Shown here: positions 47,004-56,541 of the stretch, piece after piece
Numbering within the stretch: position 1 is the stretch's first letter
Layout: each line of letters opens with the position of its first letter
DNA from: an uncultured Candidatus Saccharibacteria bacterium
GTDB lineage: Bacteria > Patescibacteriota > Minisyncoccia > Phycocordibacterales > JAACPR01
Assembly (NCBI GenBank): GCA_964507955.1
Contig: CAZDRR010000001.1
Location: 344-64,343, forward strand
Direction of reading: 5' to 3'
DNA length: 64,000 bases
Notes under the pieces: model-generated
What the model was told of the DNA's origin: nothing
What the model saw: only the letters and a program-made list of their open reading frames with translations
The model's database searches: none
Program-made: the position numbers and the translations under genes

Positions 47004-47852
47004 GTGGACGTATTATTCATTTCAGATTTTAATTTAGAACATAACTCTGGCGGTGCGCAGGTAAGCAATGACGCTATTATTCGTGCAGGACGAGAACGAG
47101 GATTGTCTATTACAGAATTTAATCATGATACAAGTTCTTTAAAATTAATGTATCGGTATGATTTGTTGATTAGTTCCAATTTGGAAGTTTTGAGTCATCG
47201 TTCTGATTATATATTTGATAGGATTATTAATCACCCAAACCATATACGATTAGAACACGATTCCTGTAGTTATCTGCCTGCGGATAAACGTCGTAAACTG
47301 TTTTCTTCGACAAAGAAAAATTTCTTTTTATCGCAGTTTCATCTGGATTTCTTTAAAGAAGCATATGGTGATTATTTCGAGAATGTAGAAATAAACTTTG
47401 ATCCTATTGATACTAAAATTTTTTATCCAAGTTCCAATAAAAAGCGAAAGTATGATATTGTTTATTGCGGATTCTTGCATGAGCTAAAAGGAGCATATAA
47501 TCTCATTCATACTGCGGTTTTCAATCCCCAAAGGAAATTTGATGTTTTTGGATGGAGCGACAATGAGAGATTGATAAAGGAGTTGCAACAATATCCAAAT
47601 ATAGAATTACATCAACCCGTCCCTTTAAATGAAGTCGGAGAGATTTATAGAAATGCAAAATTTATTTTCCATGATCCAGTTGTTAACGAACCATTTTGTA
47701 GAATGGTTGGTGAGGCACTGATTTGTGGTTGCGAATTGATGGGCAACGGAGATAAAATTGGCAGTTATCAGGAATTTTACAAATTAGGGAGTGACGAATT
47801 CCGCGCACAAACAGAGAAAGCACAACACACGTTTTGGGATAAAATTTTATGA
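47004..47852 (+). CDS. GT4-like glycosyltransferase
   Basis: GGAQ, GFLHELKG and EPFCRMVGEALICG motifs. Confidence 0.8.
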   Translation: MDVLFISDFNLEHNSGGAQVSNDAIIRAGRERGLSITEFNHDTSSLKLMYRYDLLISSNLEVLSHRSDYIFDRIINHPNHIRLEHDSCSYLPADKRRKLFSSTKKNFFLSQFHLDFFKEAYGDYFENVEINFDPIDTKIFYPSSNKKRKYDIVYCGFLHELKGAYNLIHTAVFNPQRKFDVFGWSDNERLIKELQQYPNIELHQPVPLNEVGEIYRNAKFIFHDPVVNEPFCRMVGEALICGCELMGNGDKIGSYQEFYKLGSDEFRAQTEKAQHTFWDKIL

Positions 47853-48580
47853 AATCAGTTTCCGCAATTATTAATTGTTTTCAACGCCCACACGCTTTAA
47901 GAAGTCAATTTGAAGCGATAGAATCTCAATCTATCAAGCCGAAAGAGATTATGATTTGGCAAAATGCCCCAATGAATGGAGCGCAATTTGATTATTCTTT
48001 TTTAAATAAATCAATTATTAGCTTAAATAATTATAATTATGGAGTATGGGCTCGATTCGCATTTGCTTTAAATTCTCATTCTGATTATATTTGTATATTT
48101 GATGACGATACTATTCCAAACGAAAATTGGTTTGAAAATTGTTTAGAACAAATTGAACAAAATGGGAATGGTCTTTATGGAACTATTGGAGTAACATTTA
48201 ACGATTTAGATTATCGTTCTTATATTCGTCATGGTTGGGCGAATCCAAATAATAAGGTTGAGCAAGTAGATATTGTAGGACATTCTTGGTTCTTCCATAG
48301 AGATTTATTATCTGCATTTTGGAGAGAAACAGATTTGCCACTTTCCTATTTGTGTGGTGAAGACATGCATTTTTCATATTCAATTCAGAAATATCTTGGA
48401 TTAAATACTTTTGTGCCTCCTCATCCGATAGAAGATTTGTCTTTATGGGGTAGCCGACCCCAATCAGCGATGGAATTAGGCGTTGATAATAATGCTATTT
48501 CTGTGAATTTTCATTCACAAATTTTTGGAGAATCTTTAAAGCATTATCATAAAAAAGGCTTTAAATTATTAAATTTATGA
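47849..48580 (+). CDS. GT-A fold (GT2-like) glycosyltransferase
   Basis: YICIFDDD DxD motif and GEDMHFS. Confidence 0.8.
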   Translation: MKSVSAIINCFQRPHALRSQFEAIESQSIKPKEIMIWQNAPMNGAQFDYSFLNKSIISLNNYNYGVWARFAFALNSHSDYICIFDDDTIPNENWFENCLEQIEQNGNGLYGTIGVTFNDLDYRSYIRHGWANPNNKVEQVDIVGHSWFFHRDLLSAFWRETDLPLSYLCGEDMHFSYSIQKYLGLNTFVPPHPIEDLSLWGSRPQSAMELGVDNNAISVNFHSQIFGESLKHYHKKGFKLLNL

Positions 48581-49584
48581 AAAAAATACTTGTAATATAT
48601 GGGACTCGCCCAGAATATTTAAAAGTTAAAAATTTCTTGAAAAAAAATGACGTTTTTGACATAAAAAGTTTACATATTAAACAACACTCTAATATCATTA
48701 ATTTTGGCGATCCCGATTATTTAATAGAAATTGAAAATAAAAATATAGATAGGTTAAACAATATTTTTAGTGAAATTTTTTTAAAATTACCAGAAATTAT
48801 TAAAGACTTTGATTATATTGTTATTCAGGGAGATACGGCATCTGTTATGGCTTCTGCTGTTTGCGCTTTTAATTTGAAGAAAAAAATTATTTATATTGAA
48901 TCAGGATTAAGAACTTGGGATTTGGATAATCCTTTTCCAGAAGAGGGATATAGACAAATGGTTGCGCGTATTTCATATATAAATTTTTGTCCGACAGAAC
49001 GTTCTAATTTAAATTTAATTAAAGAAAATATTAACCAAAATTGTTTTGCTGTAGGCAATACGTCTTTAGATAATTTATTGAATTTAAAAGAAAAATGCTC
49101 TTATCAGGACAAGGTTTTAATTACTTTACATAGAAATGAAAATTTAAATATTTTATCAGAATGGTTGTCCATAATAGATCAATTTGCAAGAGAACATCCA
49201 GAATTAATGTTTATTTTTCCAGCGCATTTAAATCCTATTGTGCAAACAGCGGCGTCTAAAACAAAATATTTAAAAATAATTAAACCTTTAGAACACGAAG
49301 ATCTTTTAGATATTTTAAAAGATGCAAAATTCGTTATTACTGATTCTGGAGGAATCCAAGAAGAGGCTTGTTTTTTAAATAAAAAAATTATTGTATGTCG
49401 TAAAACAACAGAACGTCCAGAAGGCATTTCGACTGGACATATAAAAATTGCAGAAGATCCTTCTAAATTGAAAAATCTATTAGAAGAAGTAAATACGAAT
49501 TTTATAATAGATGGATCATGCCCATATGGAGACGGGCAATCTACCCAGCGAATTTTACGAATATTAGCAAATGAAAGACTTTAA
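48577..49584 (+). CDS. wecB: UDP-N-acetylglucosamine 2-epimerase
   Basis: GTRPEYLK, QGDT, ESGLR, PFPEE, TDSGGIQEEA and TERPEG motifs. Confidence 0.93.
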   Translation: MKKILVIYGTRPEYLKVKNFLKKNDVFDIKSLHIKQHSNIINFGDPDYLIEIENKNIDRLNNIFSEIFLKLPEIIKDFDYIVIQGDTASVMASAVCAFNLKKKIIYIESGLRTWDLDNPFPEEGYRQMVARISYINFCPTERSNLNLIKENINQNCFAVGNTSLDNLLNLKEKCSYQDKVLITLHRNENLNILSEWLSIIDQFAREHPELMFIFPAHLNPIVQTAASKTKYLKIIKPLEHEDLLDILKDAKFVITDSGGIQEEACFLNKKIIVCRKTTERPEGISTGHIKIAEDPSKLKNLLEEVNTNFIIDGSCPYGDGQSTQRILRILANERL

Positions 49585-50263
49585 ACAAGAATTATTAATA
49601 ATGCATGATAGACTTATAAAAGGAGAGTCGTTTGCATTTTCTAAATATGCGGATGGGGAATGGGCCGCGATGTTAAATTTACCTTTAGATAATAGAGAAT
49701 TTAAAAACGAAAATTCTTTCGAAACTTCTCGCAAAGAGTTAATTGAATCTTTTAGATTTAAACACCCAAACTATTTTGTTGGAATTTCTTGTGAGTGTTG
49801 TCAAGGAGAAAACCATTTTCGAATGAAAGAATTTTCAACACAACCTATTGAAAATTTAACTTATGCGAATTTATTTGTTAATAGCAATTATCCGATTTAT
49901 AAACAATTATTTCTTCCAGAATATGAAAAAAGAGATGTTCATTTAGTGTGCAATAAATTATCGAAAATAGAAAATTTACCTTTTGTGCCAGAAGAAACAT
50001 ATTTTGTTGGATATAATGCATGGGTAGAAGACCACGATCTTATTAAAAAAATACAAGATAAGAATTTATCGGATAAATTATTTTTATTTTGTTGCGGGCC
50101 ATTCGGTAATTTATTAGCCCACCAACTATTTTCGTCAAATCAAAAAAATATATATTTAGACATTGGATCAACATTAAATCCGTGGTTACAATCAGAAGGA
50201 TTTAAAAGAGATTATTATTCTAATGGATTCTACGCTGGTCGAAAATGTTTTTGGAGGGAATAA
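49571..50263 (+). CDS. GT-D fold-like glycosyltransferase (putative)
   Basis: FAFSKYADGE...LFCCGP...YLDIGS pattern. Confidence 0.55.
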   Translation: MKDFKQELLIMHDRLIKGESFAFSKYADGEWAAMLNLPLDNREFKNENSFETSRKELIESFRFKHPNYFVGISCECCQGENHFRMKEFSTQPIENLTYANLFVNSNYPIYKQLFLPEYEKRDVHLVCNKLSKIENLPFVPEETYFVGYNAWVEDHDLIKKIQDKNLSDKLFLFCCGPFGNLLAHQLFSSNQKNIYLDIGSTLNPWLQSEGFKRDYYSNGFYAGRKCFWRE

Positions 50264-50265
50264 CA

Positions 50266-51117
50266 ATGATACAAAAAAATAAACGATACTTAATTACTGG
50301 AGGAACTGGATTTTTGGGAGAGGCTTTAATTGCTCGACTACAAAAATTCGGATGCACAATAAGAATTTTGGCAAGAAATGAGGGAAAGCTAATAGCTTTA
50401 AAACAAAAATATCCAAATTTAGAAATTCATACAGGAGATATTTCAGATCCTTTTGAAGTAAAACAAGCAATGAAGGATGTCGATGGAGTTTTCCATCTAG
50501 CAGCTTCAAAACACGTTGGATTAGCAGAAACATTTGTTAGAGAATGCGTTAAGTCTAATACTATAGGATCATTAAATATATTAGAAAATTCATTGAATCA
50601 AAAATTAGATTTTGTTATCGGAATTTCGACAGATAAAGCCGCCCAAGTAGCAGGGGTTTATGGAGCTTCAAAACTTTTAATGGAGCGTTTATTTAAACAG
50701 TTTGAGGAATTAAATCCTCTTTGTAAATATAGAATTGTTCGATATGGTAACGTTTTATATTCTACAGGTTCGGTTTTGTGTAAATGGAAAGAATTAATTC
50801 AATCAGGACAACCATGTGCAGTTTCAGATTTAAATGCTACTAGATTTTATTGGACAGTAGAACAGGCAATTGAGTTAATTTTTGAATGTTTATCCAAAGC
50901 AGAAAATGCTTCCCCTTTTGTTCCTCAAATGAAGTCTATTAGAATCAAAGATTTATTAGAAGCAATGTATGAAAAATATGGCAATGGATTTCAGTTAAAT
51001 CCAATTGTTTATGGATTACAACAAGGGGAAAATTTACACGAAAGGATTTTGGAGGATGGACCTTATTCCAACGAAGTTCCCTTATATAGCAAGAAAGAAA
51101 TTTTAGAACTGATATGA
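50266..51117 (+). CDS. UDP-GlcNAc 4,6-dehydratase-like SDR (PseB/CapD family)
   Basis: TGGTGFLG, FHLAASKHV, STDKAA, YGASK and VRYGNV motifs. Confidence 0.88.
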   Translation: MIQKNKRYLITGGTGFLGEALIARLQKFGCTIRILARNEGKLIALKQKYPNLEIHTGDISDPFEVKQAMKDVDGVFHLAASKHVGLAETFVRECVKSNTIGSLNILENSLNQKLDFVIGISTDKAAQVAGVYGASKLLMERLFKQFEELNPLCKYRIVRYGNVLYSTGSVLCKWKELIQSGQPCAVSDLNATRFYWTVEQAIELIFECLSKAENASPFVPQMKSIRIKDLLEAMYEKYGNGFQLNPIVYGLQQGENLHERILEDGPYSNEVPLYSKKEILELI

Positions 51118-51788
51118 AAGAACTAACTTTATTAATTGGTAGTTGCGATAACTATGCTTCTTTATGGCCTATTTGCGCAGATTTAATTCAAAAATATTGG
51201 GAGATTGATTGCGATAAAATTATAGTTGCAGAAAATTATTCACAATCATGTCCACAAGAATTTAAGTTAATTAATGCTGGGTGCAGAACTTGGACGGAAA
51301 GAATGTTATATGCATTAGATTCTGTTAAAACTCCGTATGTTTTTTTTATATTAGAAGATTATTTTTTAAGCGAAAGAGTTTCTAAGGAAATGATTGATCA
51401 ATTTTTATTTTTTCTGAAAATTCACGAAGCTAATAAAATAGCTTTAACAACAATTCCAGAAGGATTTTATAAAACATCGAAATTTTATGAAAATTTATAT
51501 GATAATATTTATAAAATGGATGACGATAGCGATTACTTAACAAGTGTTCAACCTGCAATTTGGAAGACTTCTTTTTTAAAAGAATTATTACAACAAGATA
51601 ATTGGAATCCATGGGAATTTGAAATTATTGGTAGCGCAAGGATAAAAGGGAAGGATAATAAAATTTTTATCAAGAAAAAAAATGACCCAATTTATTTTAA
51701 TGCAGTTAGAAAAGGAGGTTATTTTTCAGAAGGTTATTTTGAATTTATAGAGAAAGAATTGAATAAAGAAGTTGACAAGAATCATTGA
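51114..51788 (+). CDS. GT-A-like glycosyltransferase (putative)
   Basis: SCDNY, FFILEDYFL, QPAIW and PWEFE motifs; lies within the sugar cluster. Confidence 0.6.
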   Translation: MKELTLLIGSCDNYASLWPICADLIQKYWEIDCDKIIVAENYSQSCPQEFKLINAGCRTWTERMLYALDSVKTPYVFFILEDYFLSERVSKEMIDQFLFFLKIHEANKIALTTIPEGFYKTSKFYENLYDNIYKMDDDSDYLTSVQPAIWKTSFLKELLQQDNWNPWEFEIIGSARIKGKDNKIFIKKKNDPIYFNAVRKGGYFSEGYFEFIEKELNKEVDKNH

Positions 51789-51799
51789 ATACGCATAAT
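51772..51799 (+). promoter_or_regulatory. sigma70-type promoter
   Basis: TTGACA-N16-CATAAT upstream of gmd. Confidence 0.65.
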
Positions 51800-51811
51800 A
51801 TGAACGCGAAT

Positions 51812-52879
51812 ATGAAAAAAGTGCTAATAACAGGAGTCACAGGAATGGACGGGAGCCTTATGGCAGATTATTTATTAAAGCATACAGATAATTTTATTGT
51901 TGGAGGTATTCGTAGATTGAGTGTGCCGAATCATAAAAATATAGAACATCTCATTGGGCATCCTAGATTTAAACTTATTGATTTAGATATTACAGATGCG
52001 ATTAATGTTGCGTTAGTGATTAAAGAAGAACGACCAGATTATTTTATTAATTTTGCGGCGAATTCTTTTGTAGGCAATAGTTGGACGATGCCAGTTAATC
52101 ATTTTACGACGAATTGTTTATCGGTGCTTTATCAATTAGAAGCTATTCGCAAATATGCTCCAAACTGTCATTATTATAATGCAGGCTCTTCTGAGGAGTT
52201 TGGTGATGTTGTAACTGTTCCTCAGTCAGAAAGTCATCCTTTACGCCCACGAAGTCCTTATGGGGCAGCTAAGGCTTCTTCAAGACATCTTGTGAAGGTT
52301 TATAGAGAATCTTATAATCTTTACGCTATTCAGGGTTGGTTATTTAACCACGAAGGAATTCGCAGGGGAGAAGAATTTGTCACCCGCAAAATTACCAAAG
52401 GCGTTGCAAGAATTAAACATGCCATTGAAAATAAACTTCCATTTGAACCTCTTGAACTCGGTAATCTTGATTCAACAAGGGATTGGAGCGATGCAGAAGA
52501 TTTTGTAGATGGTATATGGAAAATGCTCAATCAAGAATTTCCAAAAGAATATGTTCTATCGTCTAATGAGACCCATTCTATTAAAGAATTTGTAGAATTA
52601 GCTTTTTTATCGGCTGGGATTCATGGTGTTTGGGTTGGAGAAAAATTAGATACATTATATCTTCTTCCAAATGCTGACGCGGAATATTGTGAATTTGCAT
52701 CAATTAAATTAGTAAAAATTAATGAAAAATTTTATCGCCCAGCAGAAGTAGAAATTCTTTATGGGGATTCAAGTAAAGCACGGACAGAATTAAATTGGCA
52801 ACCAAAAATTTCTTTTAAAAACCTTGTAAAAAAAATGGTTGAAAACGATATAAAAGAATATGCCAAAACCCATTCGTAA
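51812..52879 (+). CDS. gmd: GDP-mannose 4,6-dehydratase
   Basis: ITGVTGMDGS, SSEEFG, PRSPYGAAK, FNHE, FVTRKIT and YRPAEV motifs. Confidence 0.93.
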   Translation: MKKVLITGVTGMDGSLMADYLLKHTDNFIVGGIRRLSVPNHKNIEHLIGHPRFKLIDLDITDAINVALVIKEERPDYFINFAANSFVGNSWTMPVNHFTTNCLSVLYQLEAIRKYAPNCHYYNAGSSEEFGDVVTVPQSESHPLRPRSPYGAAKASSRHLVKVYRESYNLYAIQGWLFNHEGIRRGEEFVTRKITKGVARIKHAIENKLPFEPLELGNLDSTRDWSDAEDFVDGIWKMLNQEFPKEYVLSSNETHSIKEFVELAFLSAGIHGVWVGEKLDTLYLLPNADAEYCEFASIKLVKINEKFYRPAEVEILYGDSSKARTELNWQPKISFKNLVKKMVENDIKEYAKTHS

Positions 52880-53210
52880 ATTTTCTAAAGAAAGAAAAAT
52901 TTTCATTCAGAGAATGCTTCAAGGCCGTCCAAAGAATTTCGCTTTGGAAATGAAAACGGCTTATGAGCTTTTCGAAATGCACGAATTTGACTTGAATTTT
53001 TTCGAGAAAGTTTCTCCTCCTCCATTTAAAATCAATAGCCTTTTATGGTTTAAAACCAGAGATGGTTTAAAGTTCTTGGCTAAGAAAAAAATGGAAATGA
53101 AGTTCCAAGTGCCTGAATATGAAAAAGTTGTTGAAATTGGGGAGAAATGCGGAGAAGATACATTGACTGAAATCAAACCACGAACAATCAGAAAATTTTT
53201 AAATGGCTAG
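52860..53210 (+). CDS. Hypothetical protein
   Basis: 116-aa ORF overlapping both neighbours. Confidence 0.6.
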   Translation: MPKPIRKFSKERKIFIQRMLQGRPKNFALEMKTAYELFEMHEFDLNFFEKVSPPPFKINSLLWFKTRDGLKFLAKKKMEMKFQVPEYEKVVEIGEKCGEDTLTEIKPRTIRKFLNG

Positions 53211-54363
53211 AACAAAAAATAATCCAACAACTCCAGAACAAGATAAAAAAGAAAAGCCTGATGATCAAGCTTTTGCTTCGTCTTTCTTTAATTCTAATAA
53301 AGAATTCCACTATAATCTTGTGGAAGAAGCGGAAGATTTTACCGTATCAAGCGGCTCATTAAAATTTGACTATATTCTTTCTGGAGGTTTTAAAAAAGGA
53401 CTATTCCGTTTTACAGGCGTAACAGAAGGCGGCAAAACTTCATGTGCTTTGACAGTTTTGAAAAACATGCTGGATACCGTTCCTAATTCCAAAGGGATTT
53501 ATGTCAAGGCGGAAGGACGTTTGCGTAAAGAGATTCAGGAGAGATCTGGTATTAAATTTGTTTTCTCTCCCGAAGAATGGGAAGTAGGAACTTGTCTTGT
53601 TTTCGAATGTAATGTTTTCGAAACAGTATTTGATTTTTTTAGGGGTTTGTTAAAAAATAATCCTAAGAAAATTCGTTTCGGTTTTATTGTTGATTCTGCT
53701 GATGGATTAATTCCAAAAGGCGATTTGGAAAAATCTTCGGAAGAGGCTGGGAAAGTTGCGGGTGGAGCTTTATTAAGTTCTGACTTCTTCAAGAGAGTTT
53801 CTTTGGGAATGTCTAAATTCGGGCATTTAGGAATCTTTTTATCTCAAGTTCGGGCTAGAGTCGAAGTGAATCAATACGCTCCAAAAGATCAAAACAACAG
53901 GACTTCTGCGAGTGGCGGCAACGCCCATTTGCATTATCCAGATTGGATTATCGAATTCAAGAGACCGAATAAGGACGACTTTATTGCAAAAAATCCAGAA
54001 GCACCTTTATCTTTAGATAATCCTCCTATTGGTCATAAGGCAAAAATTCTTATCTGCAAATCTCCTAATGAAACTACTGGTATGATTTTGGATTATCCAA
54101 TCAAACATGGTAGAACTGGAGGTCGTTCTGTTTGGATCGAAAGAGAAATTATTGATCTATTATTAATGTGGGAATTTTTCACTAAGAAAGGATCATGGTA
54201 TTCTTTTGACGAAGAGATTCAAGCTCACTGTCAAGAATTCGGTTATGATTTGTCGAACGCCATTCAAGGTATTCCAAACTTATACAAACTCTTGGAAGAA
54301 GACGCAAAATTAGCAGAAATTTTGAAGAACTTTGTAAAAGTTAACTGTTTAGTAATGAAATGA
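53203..54363 (+). CDS. recA: RecA/UvsX-like recombinase
   Basis: SSGSLKFD, GVTEGGKT Walker A, IVDS, LSQVR, SGGNA and KKGSWYS motifs. Confidence 0.88.
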   Translation: MARTKNNPTTPEQDKKEKPDDQAFASSFFNSNKEFHYNLVEEAEDFTVSSGSLKFDYILSGGFKKGLFRFTGVTEGGKTSCALTVLKNMLDTVPNSKGIYVKAEGRLRKEIQERSGIKFVFSPEEWEVGTCLVFECNVFETVFDFFRGLLKNNPKKIRFGFIVDSADGLIPKGDLEKSSEEAGKVAGGALLSSDFFKRVSLGMSKFGHLGIFLSQVRARVEVNQYAPKDQNNRTSASGGNAHLHYPDWIIEFKRPNKDDFIAKNPEAPLSLDNPPIGHKAKILICKSPNETTGMILDYPIKHGRTGGRSVWIEREIIDLLLMWEFFTKKGSWYSFDEEIQAHCQEFGYDLSNAIQGIPNLYKLLEEDAKLAEILKNFVKVNCLVMK

Positions 54364-54773
54364 TTTTTAAATCAGCAACATCTAATAAAAATGTTAAACT
54401 CAGAAATGCCACTCGATATTTAATAAAATGGAATGGTAAATGTAGGAGTAAAATACAAGCCAAGGTAAAGGACAAACTTTACCCATTTTGGTTTGCAGAT
54501 ATCGTTTTTGAAGAGTTGCCAGTTGTAGGAACCCGATTGACGTTAGATTTTTATAACGCTAATAAGCAAATTGCTATTGAAGTAGATGGTTCCCAGCATT
54601 ATAAATTCAATAAATTTTTCCACAATAACTCCCGTATAAAATTTTTAAATCAACTTGAGAGAGACGATATCAAAGAAAAATTCTGTGAGAAAAACAATAT
54701 CAAGCTTGTTAGAATTTTGGATACAGATGTGCTTGACAAAGAGCTATTTAGGAAGTTAGGATTAATCAAATGA
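54360..54773 (+). CDS. DUF559/Vsr-like endonuclease
   Basis: LDFY...IAIEVDGSQH...RDDIK...IKLVRI. Confidence 0.82.
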   Translation: MIFKSATSNKNVKLRNATRYLIKWNGKCRSKIQAKVKDKLYPFWFADIVFEELPVVGTRLTLDFYNANKQIAIEVDGSQHYKFNKFFHNNSRIKFLNQLERDDIKEKFCEKNNIKLVRILDTDVLDKELFRKLGLIK

Positions 54774-54988
54774 AGGCAACAAATAATATTCCAGAAACCT
54801 TATTAAGTAAGGTCTTTGACGCAACAGGCTCCGCTTCTGGCGGCAATAGAGGTTATATTATTGCCATGGTTAATTCCAATGGAGACCCGACAATCATTTC
54901 TCGATTTGAAAATTCTTGTGTGAGCCTTGCTTTGAGAAAAGCCCTTGAATTATTTGTTGACACAGATAATCAACAATTAAACCAATGA
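54770..54988 (+). CDS. Hypothetical protein
   Basis: 72 aa, with ATGA overlaps on both sides. Confidence 0.65.
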   Translation: MKATNNIPETLLSKVFDATGSASGGNRGYIIAMVNSNGDPTIISRFENSCVSLALRKALELFVDTDNQQLNQ

Positions 54989-56541
54989 TTTATTCTTACG
55001 AGTTGGAAAAAAAAGTGCTGTCTGGTATTTTACAGCACCAACATAAATGGGCGGAAATATCCCTTTTTTTAAAGGAGTCGGATTTTTATTCTGACGATTC
55101 TAAAGTAAACGTTTCCATTTTTCGTTTGTTAAAAAATGCATTGGATAATAAAGAAGTTGTTGATGAAACGATTTTAACACAAAGAATTCAACAATTAAAA
55201 GTTAGTTTTCCAGATTGTATTGATATCGGAGAATATATCTATTCTTTGGCGTTTTATAAAATTTCGGAAGATGTTTTTATTTCATCAATCAAAGAACTCA
55301 AAAAGTTTTCTGCCCGAAGAGGAATCTACATTGCTGCTAAAGACGTAGCTTCTTTTGTCAAAAAAACAGATCCAAATTTATCCTATTCTTCTATTGTCGA
55401 ACAGGCGGATAAATTATACAACGACGCAATTCAAAAATTTGAGTCTTTAGATTCTGGCCCCATTAATTTGTTTGAAGTAATGGAGGAAATGATTGAAGAA
55501 CGCGGGAATAATCCTATACAAGAGTTTGGATTAATGGGTCCTCATCCACGCATTAATCAAATTTATGGCTCTTTGCTTAGAGGAGGGAATATTACGGTTA
55601 TTGTAGCTCGTTCTGGAGTGGGCAAGAGTCAATTTGCGATGGATTTTTCTACCAAAGTTGCAGCGATGAATAACGATATTCCCGTGCTTCATTTGGATAA
55701 CGGAGAAATGAGCGAAGAAGAGCTTATTTTCCGTCAGATGGCCGCTATGACAGGTTTACCCGTTCACTTGTTCGAAACAGGTTTATGGCGCTCTTGCACA
55801 TACAAAGACATGTCTTCTAGGGAAATTGTTGACTTAGTTCGTCATACATTTTCAAAGATTAAAAACATGAAGTTCTTTTACGTTAATGTCGCGGGCATGA
55901 CGGTTGAGGAAATGGTAGCTTTGACAAAGAGATTTTACTTTTCCAAGGTTGGACGCGGGAACAAAATGATTCTCAGTTTCGACTATATTAAGAGTGATTT
56001 TAGCAATATAGGTAAAGCAGACGGATGGCAACAAGTAGCCTTTATGGTTAATAAATTTAAACAATGTATCCATCGGGAACTTTGTTTTGATGGTGATCGT
56101 CCCGTGGCTATGATTACATCCGTTCAGTCAAATAGGCTGGGTATTACGACGAATAGGGCTGCTGAAAATATTGTTGACGATGAAAGCGTTGTTAGTTTAT
56201 CAGATGCTATTACTCAATTTTGTTCTCATTTGTTTTTGTTGCGCAAAAAAGTAATGGAGGAGATTCAGGAGGAGGGAACAAAGTTTGGCACCCATAAATT
56301 TATCAATTTAAAATCTAGGCATTTGGGCAAAGACCCAATGAGGGCTATTAATCCCGTCACGATGCCTGATGGTTCTAAAAAGAACAATTATATCAATCTG
56401 GATTTCAATAACTTTTCTATTACAGAGAAAGGCGATCTTGTTGATTGGGTTGAAACAATGAATGGTGGAGGCTCAACAGAATTGGAGACTTTTGATGCGG
56501 AATTTGTTGATGATATTCCAGAATTATTAACTAATGGTTGA
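54985..56541 (+). CDS. dnaB: Replicative DnaB-like helicase
   Basis: ARSGVGKS Walker A, NGEM, FDYIK and VQSNR motifs. Confidence 0.9.
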   Translation: MIYSYELEKKVLSGILQHQHKWAEISLFLKESDFYSDDSKVNVSIFRLLKNALDNKEVVDETILTQRIQQLKVSFPDCIDIGEYIYSLAFYKISEDVFISSIKELKKFSARRGIYIAAKDVASFVKKTDPNLSYSSIVEQADKLYNDAIQKFESLDSGPINLFEVMEEMIEERGNNPIQEFGLMGPHPRINQIYGSLLRGGNITVIVARSGVGKSQFAMDFSTKVAAMNNDIPVLHLDNGEMSEEELIFRQMAAMTGLPVHLFETGLWRSCTYKDMSSREIVDLVRHTFSKIKNMKFFYVNVAGMTVEEMVALTKRFYFSKVGRGNKMILSFDYIKSDFSNIGKADGWQQVAFMVNKFKQCIHRELCFDGDRPVAMITSVQSNRLGITTNRAAENIVDDESVVSLSDAITQFCSHLFLLRKKVMEEIQEEGTKFGTHKFINLKSRHLGKDPMRAINPVTMPDGSKKNNYINLDFNNFSITEKGDLVDWVETMNGGGSTELETFDAEFVDDIPELLTNG

